A DNA stretch of 64,000 nt from Bryobacterales bacterium. Its GTDB lineage: Bacteria; Acidobacteriota; Terriglobia; Bryobacterales; UBA6623. The position numbers and the translations under genes are program-made. Under the pieces are notes generated by a model. The model was not told where the DNA came from and searched no databases. It worked only from the letters and a program-made list of their open reading frames with translations. Positions 20,189 through 30,083 of the stretch are shown here, in pieces. Numbering within the stretch: position 1 is the stretch's first letter; the number at the start of each line of letters is the position of its first letter. The stretch spans positions 1,408,001 through 1,472,000 of the forward strand of contig OY729428.2 of assembly GCA_963422375.2 (NCBI GenBank), read 5' to 3'.

Positions 20189-22962
20189 CAGCGGTTCTAA
20201 ATTTGGCCGTCAAGGGGGTGCGTGAAGGTTGTTTCGGAGGATGAGGTGAATAAGTTGACCGAGAGGTTGCGCTCCCGAGGCCGCCCCGCGGGAGCGTCGG
20301 ACGGCGGGCAGGGCCGTGGCGCGGCCCGCGTCGCGGGTCCGCCGAGTGCCGAGCCCGCGGCCGGACGCCCTCCGGCGGTAGCCGGCTGCGACGGCCGGCC
20401 GCTCGCCGGACGCTGCCGGCACGAAACTGCGCGGAGTCCAGGCCGCGCGGAGTCCAGGCCCCGGCCGCCTGGCAGCCCGGAGGCGCGCGTCCGGCGCGCA
20501 CCGCCGCCAGCAGCGTCGGCCGGTCCGGGAAGCGGAACCAGCGCAGCGCGACCTGCAGCTCCTGGAACAGGGCGCGGCGCGTGACCAGCTGGCGCCGGCA
20601 CTGCTGCCGCAGCGCGCAGACGCACTGCACCACGGCGTGGAGCGCGAAGGCGAACAGGTTCGGCACGGCCGGCACGTTGGCCGGCCCTTCCTTGCCGTGC
20701 CCGAAGTTGCGCTTGAAGTTGCGGCCGTGCCGCGCCAGGCAGTTGCAGCCCTCGTTCTCGATCTTCCAGCGCGCCCGGCCGGCGCGCGCGATCCGCTCCG
20801 CGTTGTCCGCGCTGACCGCGAGACCGGTGAAGAAGCTGCTGACGCAGGTGCGCTTGCCGTCGCGCTCCACGGCGTACTCGAGCCAAGTGCCCCGCAGGGC
20901 GTCGCGGCCCTGGCACAGGGGCACCGCGGCCGTCCAGCGGAAACGGTGCCGCTCGGAGCGCTTGCCCTTCCCGCGCCGCGGCAGCCAGCCGGTCGAGCGC
21001 ACCGCGCCGCTCGCCCGCTGGCTCTCCAGCACCTCGTACAAGTGCTTGTGGGATCCGGGCTTGCATACCCGGACCTAATTACCAACGAACGTCAGCCGAG
21101 GATATGCTCTACTGAAGGAGGTCGGAAATCTCTGATAGGAAAGGGGATAGCAGCTGAAACGCAATCGCGTGCAATTCCAGAAGGGACTCAGTCTGGACAA
21201 GTTCCTGCAGCGCTACGGCAGCGAGGGGCCATGCGAGCAGGCCGTCTGCAACGCCCGCTGGCCGGACGGCTTCCGCTGCCCGGAGTGCGGCTCCCGACGG
21301 CACTGCCGCATCCGCTCCCGCAAGCTCTGGCAGTGCCATGCCTGCCACCGCCAGAGCTCCCTCGTCGCCGGCACGCTCTTGGCCGCCACCCAGCTGCCGC
21401 TGACCGTCTGGTTGCTGGCGCTCCACCTGCTGACGCAGGGCCAGCACGGCGTTTCGTCGCTGGAACTGGCGCGGCAGCTGGGCGTGAGCCGGAACACGGC
21501 TTGGAGGGTGAAGCACAAGCTTCTGCAAGTGCTGAAGGAGCGCGACGAGCGCGTGCCGCCGGGCGGCATCGTGCAGGTGGACGACGCCTACTGGGGCCTA
21601 CTGGGGCGGGGAGCGGAGCGGCGGCCAGCGCGGTCGCGGCGCGGCGGGCAAGACGCCGTTCGTGGCCGCCGTGCAGGTCACCGCCGCCGGCCAGCCGGCA
21701 AGGATGCGCATGAGCAGCGTGGCGGGCTTGCGCAAGAAGACGCTGGCAGCGTGGGCCGGGCGGCACTTGCAGCCCGGCACGGAGGTGCATTCCGACGGCC
21801 CGGCCTGCTTCCGGGGCGTGGCCGGCGCCGGCTGCGAGCACGTGCCGGCCGTCACCGGAGGCGGGCAGCGGAGCTGCGGGGATTCCCGCTTCGTCCGGGT
21901 CGACACGATGCTGGCGAACGTCAAGCAGTCCCTGGCGGGAACCTGCCCTGCGCTCGACGGCAAGCACCTGCCGCGCTACCTCGCCGAGTTCCGCTACCGC
22001 TTCAACCGCCGCTACGACCTGGAGGCGCTGGTCCCCCGCCTGCTCCACGCCTCCGTGCGCACCCCGCCCATGCCTTACCGCCTCCTAACCTTGGCTGAGT
22101 CTTGTGGGTAATCAGGTACCCGGATGTAGTCCATGCCGGCCGCCGCGGCGGCCTCGCAGACCGGCTGGCAGCAGTGCAGGTCGTCGCCCGGCAGGACGGG
22201 GCGGCAGGCCTGCAGCCAGGCGCCGTGAGCGGCGAGCCAGCGCTTGGCGGCGTTGCGCTCGCAGTCCCGCTTGCGCTCGTCCTCGCTCATGTCGGCGCGG
22301 GTCGCGGCCGCGTCCTGCTGCGGGCACGCGAACTCGGGCATCAGCGGCAGGACGGTGGCGTGGCCGTCGGCCACCGCGGTGGCCGACGGCCATGGTGCGG
22401 AAGTGATGCGGCCGGCGCTCGCGGCCGGCGCGCCGCACCGAGCACTGCGGGCAATGCACCCTGTCGGAGCGGTGGAACCGGACGCCGTCCGGAGCCGCCA
22501 GCAGGCGCTCGTCGAGGCGCTGCAAGGGCTCGAGCGCGCCCTGCGCGGCCACGGTTTCCCGGAACAGCGGGTCCAACGCGGCCGGGTCGCGGTCGTCGAG
22601 CAAGTTGCGGATCCGGTTGTCGCAGGGGATGCGGCCCGCGCCGAACAGGGTCCGGCAGTTGGAGCGCGAGCCGTCCCGCTCCATGCGCCGCTGGAACGCG
22701 AGGAACGACTCGCACTGGGTGCAGAAGCAGGCCGGGGCGCAACCGGCGGCGTCGCTGACCTCGTAGCGCTTGTTGCGGCGCCCCTCGCGCCGGTCGGGCC
22801 GGCCGGCGGCCGTCTCGCGGAAGGCGCTCAGCAGCGCGTCCAGGACATGGGGCATGCACCCTAGCTCACACATTCCGCTAGCAAAAGTCAAGTGCCAGAC
22901 TGCCTTCGACACCTTTCTCAGACACTCTGGAAATCCCAAAATGCCCAAATTGAGAATCGCTG
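20189..22962 (-). mobile_element. ISNCY-family (ISMae2-like) element, degenerate, interrupted by IS1595
   Basis: IRs CAGCGGTTCTAAATTTGG / CAGCGATTCTCAATTTGG (16/18); transposase motifs TQCESFLAFQR, KRDCERNAAKRWL, GDDL and GRARWKIENE; several frameshifts; no TSD. Subgroup is tentative. Confidence 0.82.
21074..22116 (+). mobile_element. IS1595-family element copy 2 (frameshifted transposase)
   Basis: IRs CCTAATTACC...GGTAATCAGG; perfect 8 bp TSD TACCCGGA (21066-21073 and 22117-22124). A 10 bp duplication CCTACTGGGG at 21587-21606 shifts the frame. Confidence 0.95.
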
Positions 22963-23257
22963 GCCGTCAACCACCCAAGATAGGAGCCGGAACCGTAAGC
23001 GCGCACGTCCGGATCTGAGCGGGGGCACCGGGTAACCGGTGTCCCTACCGCGAGCAGACCGCGGCGGACGAATACGCACTGGTGAAGCGGGGTCCTTCGC
23101 TGGCGAACCGGTCGATGTGGGGCGTGCGGTACGCCTCGCCGCCGTATGCTTCAACTTGGCTCCATCCTAGGTCGTCGGCCAAGACAAACACCACGTTCGG
23201 ACTCTCCTGCGCGAAGCAGGCCGCGGCCGTCGCAAGCGACCGGAGGATTCATCGTAT
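22963..23257 (-). pseudogene. Sulfatase N-terminal remnant
   Basis: ACFAQESPNVVFVLADDLGWSQVEAYGGEAYRTPHIDRFASEGPRFTSAYSSAAVCSR*; the stop falls inside the CxPxR motif. Confidence 0.8.
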
Positions 23258-23341
23258 GGCAAGCCGGTACAGCAGTCCGCGCCCAGAGCCCGTGTCGAGT
23301 GTCAGCCGGGACGCTCTGTATGACGCGGCAGGCGCGGAGCG

Positions 23342-25042
23342 CTACTTCCGCGTGATGTCCACATGCCAGACCCCTACCGCATCGTCGTCGACTTGCAGCC
23401 GGGCCTCGAATGTGCCCTCGCCCGGTTCTAGGACGAGGCCCTCGAATACCACTCGTTCCTCCCCCGCCCGGACGGGCCGGGTCTCTTCGGAATCGCGGAA
23501 GCCGATTCTGACTGTGCCGGCCTTGGCGGCGGGTTCCGCGAGTGTGACAGCGACGTCGTAGGGTCCCTCCGACCGGCAGTCCACCTCCCAGTGACCCAGC
23601 ACTTGCTGGCCTCGGCCCCACCCGTCCGTCGTCGCCATGCGCCAGTCCTGCCTCGTCAGCGTCACGTGCCGCTGGGCGTCGCTTCCGATGGCGAACCGCA
23701 CGGCGTCGTACCCGCGGCTCTCGGAGACGTTGTCCAGCCAGGCGTCGTAGCCTGCCCTGAGGCGCTCGACGACCTCCGGCAGCTCGCCGGACAGGTCCGC
23801 CCGCTCCCCTGGATCCGCGGAAAGGTCGTACAGCTCGAGGGGCGCGTCCGGCGGTGCCGGCTGGCTGAAGCTCAGCGCCTGGACCAGCTTGTAGCGCTGC
23901 TCGACGGCTGCGAACGCGCGGTAGCGCTGCGGCTCGTTGCCGCGATGCGCCTGCACGAAGTAGGTTCGCTCGGGCAGCGATTCTGTTTCGCCTGTCCACA
24001 GGGGCAGGAGGCTGACGCCGTCGAACCTCGCCTCGGGCGGGGGAACGACTCCCGCGGCCGCAGCCAGGGTGGGTGCGATATCGATGTGCGCGCCGAGCGC
24101 GTCGACCTCGCGCGGGCCGAGCCGGTCCGGCCAGCGGGCCAGGAATGGTACGCGGATGCCGTTCTCGTAGACACTGCCCTTCTGCTCCCGCAGCCCGGCA
24201 TGGTACAGGCGGGTGGTGGGGCCGTTGTCGGTCATGAAGATGAATATCGTGTTCCCGTCGAGGCCGCTCGATACCAGATGGTCCAGCAGCCTGCCTACGT
24301 TGTCGTCGATATTCGTGATCATGCCGTAGATGCGGGCGTCCTTGTCCGCGAGACCCTGGTCCGCGTACGGCTCGCGGTAGGAGTCGGGCACCAAGTACGG
24401 GGAGTGCGGGGCGTTCGTTGGGATGTACGCGAAGAATGGCTCCTCGCCGCCGTCCCCGATCCAGCGGATGGCCTCGTCGAAATAGACGTCGGTGCAGTAC
24501 CCGGCATACTCCCGCTGCTCTCCGTTGTGGAATAGAATCGGGTCGAAGTAGTCGGAGCCGGGCGGGTCGGACGGCTGGCCGATGCCTCCGCCCTTGTGGA
24601 CCACCGACTCGTCGAAGCCTTGGTCCATGGCCCTCAGCGGATGGTTGTCGCCTAGGTGCCACTTGCCGAAGATCCCAGTGCGGTACCCGGCCTCGCCAAG
24701 GATCTCCGCGATCGTGACCTCGGCCGGATCCATCAGCGCCCGGCCCAGATACGTGTCGACGACGCCCGTCCGGTAGTTGTAGCGCCCGGTCATAAGCGCG
24801 GCCCGCGTGGGCGCGCACACGGGCGATACGTAGAAGCGGGTCATCTCCACGCTCTCGCTGGCGAGGGCGTCCAGGCGCGGCGTCTGCAGGACCGGGTCCC
24901 CGTGCGACCCGAGCTGCGCCCAGCCCTGGTCGTCGGTCATGATCAGGACGATATTGGGGCGCGGGCCGGCGGTCGGCCCCCCGCCGGCGCACGAAGCCAG
25001 CAGGATTCCTAGAAAGAGGGCAGTCAGCGTCCGATGCGGCAC
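23342..25042 (-). CDS. Arylsulfatase (Cys-type, probable lipoprotein)
   Basis: LASC lipobox-like; PNIVLIMTDDQG; CAPTRAALMTGR; GKWHLG; TDNG. Confidence 0.93.
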   Translation of the reverse strand: MPHRTLTALFLGILLASCAGGGPTAGPRPNIVLIMTDDQGWAQLGSHGDPVLQTPRLDALASESVEMTRFYVSPVCAPTRAALMTGRYNYRTGVVDTYLGRALMDPAEVTIAEILGEAGYRTGIFGKWHLGDNHPLRAMDQGFDESVVHKGGGIGQPSDPPGSDYFDPILFHNGEQREYAGYCTDVYFDEAIRWIGDGGEEPFFAYIPTNAPHSPYLVPDSYREPYADQGLADKDARIYGMITNIDDNVGRLLDHLVSSGLDGNTIFIFMTDNGPTTRLYHAGLREQKGSVYENGIRVPFLARWPDRLGPREVDALGAHIDIAPTLAAAAGVVPPPEARFDGVSLLPLWTGETESLPERTYFVQAHRGNEPQRYRAFAAVEQRYKLVQALSFSQPAPPDAPLELYDLSADPGERADLSGELPEVVERLRAGYDAWLDNVSESRGYDAVRFAIGSDAQRHVTLTRQDWRMATTDGWGRGQQVLGHWEVDCRSEGPYDVAVTLAEPAAKAGTVRIGFRDSEETRPVRAGEERVVFEGLVLEPGEGTFEARLQVDDDAVGVWHVDITRK

Positions 25043-25117
25043 GCTAGACAGGCTGACCGACCGACCGCCCCGTCGTCAAGTCCCTGCGAATTCACGGGGG
25101 CGAGAGTCCTTCGGACG

Positions 25118-25954
25118 CTACTTCCAAGTCACTTCCATCGCGAAGAAATGGTCGAAGACCTCGCGATCGGGATGGTTCGCCTCGTTCCTCTCGGGGCTGC
25201 GGATGTAGAAGTCCAGCTGCTGGAGGGCGGGATTCACGGCCCCGGCCTCGTTACTCTTGCCGTCGAGCGGGTAGCGGGCGACCAAGTCGCGGCCCCGCAT
25301 CCCCTGCGTGACCATGAAGTGGATCTCGTAGTTATCGTAGAGCGGCTCGTCATCGAGCGTGGCCGATCCCAGCCCCCAGCCCGCGACGTACAGCAGGCTC
25401 TTGGGCCAGTTGGCGTCTCCGCAGCCCGAGTTGCCGTGCTCGAAGAGAAACGCCGCGATGCCGCCGTCCTGGCAGGGCGAGAACTGCTTGATCTCTTCGA
25501 GATCGATCGCGTACTTGCCCTCCGGAAGATCGAGCTCGGCTCGGAACGTGCCGGTGTTCTCGATCTCGTTCACGTCGATCTCGGCCGTGCCCCCGACCGG
25601 CCGCAGGTCCGAGGCGTCGTTGCCCATATGGTTCCACGGGCTCTCGTCGTCGAGCGTGCCGACTTGGTAGATGCGGCCTCCCGAGATGCGGAACTTCCCG
25701 TCGTACAGGTCGTGCTGCCCCGGCGCGTACAGGTCCATCTCGGTGCCCGGCTGGATCCGCGGCCCGCGCTTCTCCGTCGCGGCCGGAGCGTCGCTCGTGC
25801 CGGGCGCGGTGCAGGCGAGGAGGGCGAGGCATGCGAGCGCTCCGGCTCCCGCTGCGAATCGTCTCGGAGTCCCATCGGCTAGGCCTGGCCCGTCTGACGA
25901 GCCCGGTCCGCTCGGCTGCGGGGCGCGGCTGGCAGCGTTCGATGCGGCCTTCAT
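25118..25954 (-). CDS. Hypothetical lipoprotein
   Basis: 278 aa ORF with LALLAC lipobox-like segment and protein-like composition; TGC-TAGCCT -10 box 7 nt upstream of the ATG. Confidence 0.75.
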   Translation of the reverse strand: MKAASNAASRAPQPSGPGSSDGPGLADGTPRRFAAGAGALACLALLACTAPGTSDAPAATEKRGPRIQPGTEMDLYAPGQHDLYDGKFRISGGRIYQVGTLDDESPWNHMGNDASDLRPVGGTAEIDVNEIENTGTFRAELDLPEGKYAIDLEEIKQFSPCQDGGIAAFLFEHGNSGCGDANWPKSLLYVAGWGLGSATLDDEPLYDNYEIHFMVTQGMRGRDLVARYPLDGKSNEAGAVNPALQQLDFYIRSPERNEANHPDREVFDHFFAMEVTWK

Positions 25955-26036
25955 GCCAGAAAGGCTAGCACGGCAGCGTGGCGCTACTGGGTCGCCCGCT
26001 GACAGCGGAACGGAGGCCGGTTGGGCCGTCAGCCGG

Positions 26037-27251
26037 CTACTCCAGTGCGTCCTCCGCGTGGCACACTATGTCGGCGACGATGGCTTCGAGCCACTCTGCC
26101 GTCTCCTCGACTTCGACCGCGACCGACTGCAAGGCGCCGAGATGACTTCGACCGGATCCGCGCCCCTTGGCGTACGCATCCGCGAATGCCTCGGGCGGAC
26201 TGCCGGGATCGACCGGTGCCTCGAGCGCCTTTCGCAGCGCTTCCCAGCGTTCGACCAGCAGGCGATGCTCCGCAATTCTCGGACGAGCGGCGCTCCCGCC
26301 CGGTTTCGAGACTCGCCGGATCGACTCCGGGAGCTTGGCCACGATCTTGCTGATCCGGTGAATCCTCTCTTCGGCTTGGGTCGCGATCTGCCTGCGCGCC
26401 GACTCGTAGAGCCGCCTTTCCGACCCGCGCGCGCTCGGCAGCCTAACCTTGGCGTACCAGGCATCGAGGGCGCGCAGCGTGCCGATCAGCTTCGCGGTCG
26501 CGAGCACCCGCGGCTTGAGGCTGCCGTAGATCCGGCGGTCGAACTTCGGGCGCGTCACGCTCGCGGCAGACGCCGCGACCAAGGCGTTGCTAGGCGCGTC
26601 TTTCCGAATGACCGATCCGGCCGCGATCACGGCGCCGAAGCCGACCTCGACCGGTCCCACGAGCCCGCAGTTCCCGCCGACGAAGACCGGGTCGGACCGG
26701 AGCAGCACGCCGCGGATCCCGCCGATCAAGCTGCCCCACTTGTCGCCCCGTGGGTCGAAGTTGAAGTGGACCGCTCCCGACCCAATCTCGGTGTGATCGC
26801 GTCGCGACCGCCCCCCGCTGAGGAACAGGTCGCAGAAATTGATGACCGATCCAGCTACGCAACAGGCGGTGAAGGTCGTGTTCTTCATGGCGACGCAGTG
26901 CGCCGCCTCCGCCTGCTCCTCGAGCAGGGTGCCCGGGCGGATCTCGGCGGAGCCGCGAACCCTGACACCTTCAAGGAGCGTCGCTCCCTCGTAGAGCCCC
27001 GCGCCCAGTTCCGCGTCCCTGCCGATTTGGCAGTCCCTTACTTCGGCGTGCCCGGAGACTCCGATCCGGGCGCCTCCTGCGATGCTCAGCGACGCTCCCG
27101 ACAGGGTGGCCTGGCGTATGACGGCACCAGTCTCGATGCGGTCGAGATCGACGTCCTCGCAGACGTACACGCGCTCCGGACCCCATGCATCGACTCCCCG
27201 CCTCTGCAAGCGCTCCACGCGCTCGCGATTGCCGTTCCGGTCGAATTGCAT
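26037..27251 (-). CDS. GlmU-related hexapeptide-repeat protein (no N-terminal nucleotidyltransferase domain seen)
   Basis: IRPGTLLEEQAEAAHCVAMKNT, GSVINFCD, HTEIGSGAVHFNFDPRGDK, VFVGGNCGLVGPVEVGFGAVIAAGS. Confidence 0.75.
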   Translation of the reverse strand: MQFDRNGNRERVERLQRRGVDAWGPERVYVCEDVDLDRIETGAVIRQATLSGASLSIAGGARIGVSGHAEVRDCQIGRDAELGAGLYEGATLLEGVRVRGSAEIRPGTLLEEQAEAAHCVAMKNTTFTACCVAGSVINFCDLFLSGGRSRRDHTEIGSGAVHFNFDPRGDKWGSLIGGIRGVLLRSDPVFVGGNCGLVGPVEVGFGAVIAAGSVIRKDAPSNALVAASAASVTRPKFDRRIYGSLKPRVLATAKLIGTLRALDAWYAKVRLPSARGSERRLYESARRQIATQAEERIHRISKIVAKLPESIRRVSKPGGSAARPRIAEHRLLVERWEALRKALEAPVDPGSPPEAFADAYAKGRGSGRSHLGALQSVAVEVEETAEWLEAIVADIVCHAEDALE

Positions 27252-27440
27252 TCGTCTCCCCGCTCTCGGGCGAGGGCCGCAATGGTCCGCCCGACCTGCC
27301 AGTTTGACGGATTGGCCGCCCGCCGTCGCCGCGGCCGCGCGGGGGCGACTTGGCTGGCCCGCCGCGGCCGTGTGAAGATTGACCTTCGCCCTCTTCGGAG
27401 CCGCGCAGGGCGGCTCGAGCCCGCGGCGACCCGCTCGTCC

Positions 27441-28256
27441 ATGGCGCTGGTACATCCCTCGGCGCGGATCGCCGCCACCGCCCTCGTGGCGCCCACGGCC
27501 CGGGTCGGCCCGGAAGCGGTCATCGCCGAATACGCGATCGTCGAGGACGACGTGGTGGTCGGCGCGCGCTGCCGGATCGAGTCTTTCGCGCTGCTGAAGC
27601 GCTGGACAATCCTCGGCACGGACAACGAGATCTCATCCGGCGTAGTTCTCGGAAGCGACCCGCTCGACAAGGCCTTCGACGGTCGGCGGTCCTACCTGAG
27701 GATCGGCAGCCGCAACAGAATTCGCGAGCACTTCACCGTGTCGAGGGGCACCGAGCCGGAGTCCGAGACGGTGATCGGCGACGACAACTTCATCATGACT
27801 TCCGGGCATATCGCGCACAACTGCCGGATAGGAAACGGGACCGTCATCGCTAGCACGGCCCTCCTCGCCGGATATGTTGAAATCGAAGACCGGGCGTTCG
27901 TGTCGGGAGGAGTCGGAGTCCAGCAGCGCTCGCGGGTCGGCGAGCTGGCCATGGTCGGGGGCATGACCCGGGTCAATCAGGACGTGACGCCGTATCTGAC
28001 GCATGTCGGGCCGGTCATGGCCGTCCACGGGCTGAACCTGGTCGGCCTGCGGCGCGCCGGGCTCGGGCGCGGCGAAATCGACCGCATCCGGCAGGCCTAC
28101 CGCCTCCTGTTTCGGACGGCAATGCCGCTGATCGAGGCGCTCGCGCGGGTCGAGGCCGAAGTGAAGGGCCCGCATGCCCGGCACATGGTGGAGTTCATCC
28201 GCGCCTCGGAGCGCGGCGTCTGTCGGCGCAGGGGCCGGGAAAAGGATGAGGACTGA
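27441..28256 (+). CDS. lpxA: Acyl-ACP--UDP-N-acetylglucosamine O-acyltransferase (LpxA or paralog)
   Basis: Hexapeptide repeats; IREHFTVSRGT, HIAHNCRIG, LAGYVEIED and GLNLVGLRR motifs; C-terminal helical domain ending RGV. Confidence 0.85.
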   Translation: MALVHPSARIAATALVAPTARVGPEAVIAEYAIVEDDVVVGARCRIESFALLKRWTILGTDNEISSGVVLGSDPLDKAFDGRRSYLRIGSRNRIREHFTVSRGTEPESETVIGDDNFIMTSGHIAHNCRIGNGTVIASTALLAGYVEIEDRAFVSGGVGVQQRSRVGELAMVGGMTRVNQDVTPYLTHVGPVMAVHGLNLVGLRRAGLGRGEIDRIRQAYRLLFRTAMPLIEALARVEAEVKGPHARHMVEFIRASERGVCRRRGREKDED

Positions 28257-28624
28257 TGTACAACGGAATCGAACACACGGCAATCGCCACTCCCGATCCG
28301 GAGGCCTTGGCCGGCTGGTACGAGCGCAACCTGCAGATGCCGGTCTGCCATCGCTACGGCGGCAACGTCTTCGTCCGAGCGAGCGACGGATCGATGCTCG
28401 AGCTGATCCCGTCCCAGGGCGCCGCGGTCGAGACCGCGATGCGAACTCCGGGAATCCGGCACCTAGCCATCAAGGTTGACGACTTCGACGAGGGCGTGCG
28501 AGACCTCCGATCCAAGGGCATCGAGATCGTGGAGTTCGTCGAGGCCGGGCCGAACCGGCTGGCGTTCTTCCTAGACCCCGAAGGCAACATACTGCATCTG
28601 ATCCATCGCGACGCGCCGATATAA
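28256..28624 (+). CDS. VOC (glyoxalase/bleomycin resistance) family protein
   Basis: IEHTAIA, GIRHLAIKVDD and FFLDPEGN motifs; TGATG overlap with lpxA. Confidence 0.9.
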   Translation: MYNGIEHTAIATPDPEALAGWYERNLQMPVCHRYGGNVFVRASDGSMLELIPSQGAAVETAMRTPGIRHLAIKVDDFDEGVRDLRSKGIEIVEFVEAGPNRLAFFLDPEGNILHLIHRDAPI

Positions 28625-28664
28625 CCGGCCGCTCCGACGCCGCGAGTGCCGGCCGCCTGCCCGC

Positions 28665-29879
28665 CTACCAGTTGGTGACCGACCCGTCGGGACGCTCGAG
28701 CAGGGGAATCGGGCGAGCGTGCGCGGTCACTTCGAGCACGCGGTCGGCTTGGCTCGGGTCGAACTCGACGCCCAGGCCCGCCCGCTCGTTCGGCCACATC
28801 TTGCCGTTGCGGAAGTCGTAATGCACCGGCAGGTGGGCGTGTGTCTTGGCCCCGGCGCCCGTCATTTCCATGATCACGGGGCCGGGCAGCGAAACGGCGC
28901 AATGCACGAGGGCGGCCTCCGAAACGGGCCCGGTGAAGTGCGGGATCAAGCCGATGTAGTGGGTCTCGCACAGCGCCGCGAGTTTCATGAACTCCGTGAT
29001 TCCGCCGCAGTTGGGGATCGAGACTCTCGAGTAGTCGATCAGCCGGTCCTCGATCAGGACGTTCGCGTCCCAGCGGTCCCCGAAGTGCTCGCCGACAGCG
29101 ATGGGCACCTTCACCAAGGGACGCAGCGTCTTGTAGACCTCCGGGTTCTCGGAGCGCACGAGGTCCTCGCAGAAGACAGGCCGGAGCGGCTCGAGTAGCG
29201 ACGACAGGCGCACGGCGTCCGGCAGGTCGAAGCGCGTGTGGTAGTCGATCGCCCAGTCGCCGTCCTCGCCCACGCCTGCCCGGATTTCTTGGCAGACCTT
29301 GAAGGTGTCGTCCACGGCTCTCCGGTGCCGGTAGGGCTCGTCCCGGGAGTTCGACCCGCCCGTGCGGAAAGCGCGGAACCCGGCCTCGATGCAGGCGCGG
29401 GCCGTCTCGCGGATGGATCCTTGGCTGGGGAAGCCGGTCGAGTAGCACTCCACGTGATCGCGGGTCAGGCCGCCCAGCAGCTGCCAGACCGGCACCCCCA
29501 GCGCCTTGGCCTTGATGTCCCAGAGCGCGAGATCGATCGCGCCGAGAGCATGGATCTTCTCGCGGCCCGGAGGGTAGAAGTACCCCCGGTACATCACCTG
29601 CCACAGATGCTCGGTGCGGAACGGGTTCTCGCCGATGATCATCGCTCCGAGCTGCTCGACGGTATCGGGCGATCCCCCTTCCCCGATCCCCGTGATGCCG
29701 GCGTCCGTCTCGACGGTCACGATATGGCCGCTCTGATTGAAGATGGGGCGCGAGTCGGAGACCCGGTAGAAGCGCACTCGGGTTACCTTGGTGGCGGGCA
29801 GTCTTGCCTGAGCCGGCGGCGCCCCCAAGGCCGCGACGGAACCGAGCAGGGACGCCTTGAGTGCTTGCCGACGGTGCAT
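28665..29879 (-). CDS. Mandelate racemase/muconate lactonizing (acid-sugar dehydratase-like) enzyme with Tat-like leader
   Basis: MHRRQALK leader; VETDAGITGIGE, AIDLALWDIKAKALGVPVWQLLGG, IDYHTR, EDL, AVGE and PH motifs. Confidence 0.9.
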   Translation of the reverse strand: MHRRQALKASLLGSVAALGAPPAQARLPATKVTRVRFYRVSDSRPIFNQSGHIVTVETDAGITGIGEGGSPDTVEQLGAMIIGENPFRTEHLWQVMYRGYFYPPGREKIHALGAIDLALWDIKAKALGVPVWQLLGGLTRDHVECYSTGFPSQGSIRETARACIEAGFRAFRTGGSNSRDEPYRHRRAVDDTFKVCQEIRAGVGEDGDWAIDYHTRFDLPDAVRLSSLLEPLRPVFCEDLVRSENPEVYKTLRPLVKVPIAVGEHFGDRWDANVLIEDRLIDYSRVSIPNCGGITEFMKLAALCETHYIGLIPHFTGPVSEAALVHCAVSLPGPVIMEMTGAGAKTHAHLPVHYDFRNGKMWPNERAGLGVEFDPSQADRVLEVTAHARPIPLLERPDGSVTNW

Positions 29880-30083
29880 TGCGCACGAGAGTATACGACA
29901 GGAGCCGCCGGCTTTGCGCTGACGACCGGCCCGACTCGCGTCGAGCAGCGAACTGATTCCGGAATTGCGCATCTAGGGCGTCAAGATGGCGGCCGGGCGT
30001 GGCCTCGCGTCTGTAACCCATCCTCCGTGCTGGCTTCGAATTGCTCGTCACCCCAGCGTTCGAGACATGCGTGCATTGAGTTA

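Noticed and set aside
25671..27440. 861 aa ORF as an LpxA fusion protein
   Set aside because: The upstream part is the antisense shadow of the GlmU-like and lipoprotein genes; LpxA starts at 27441.
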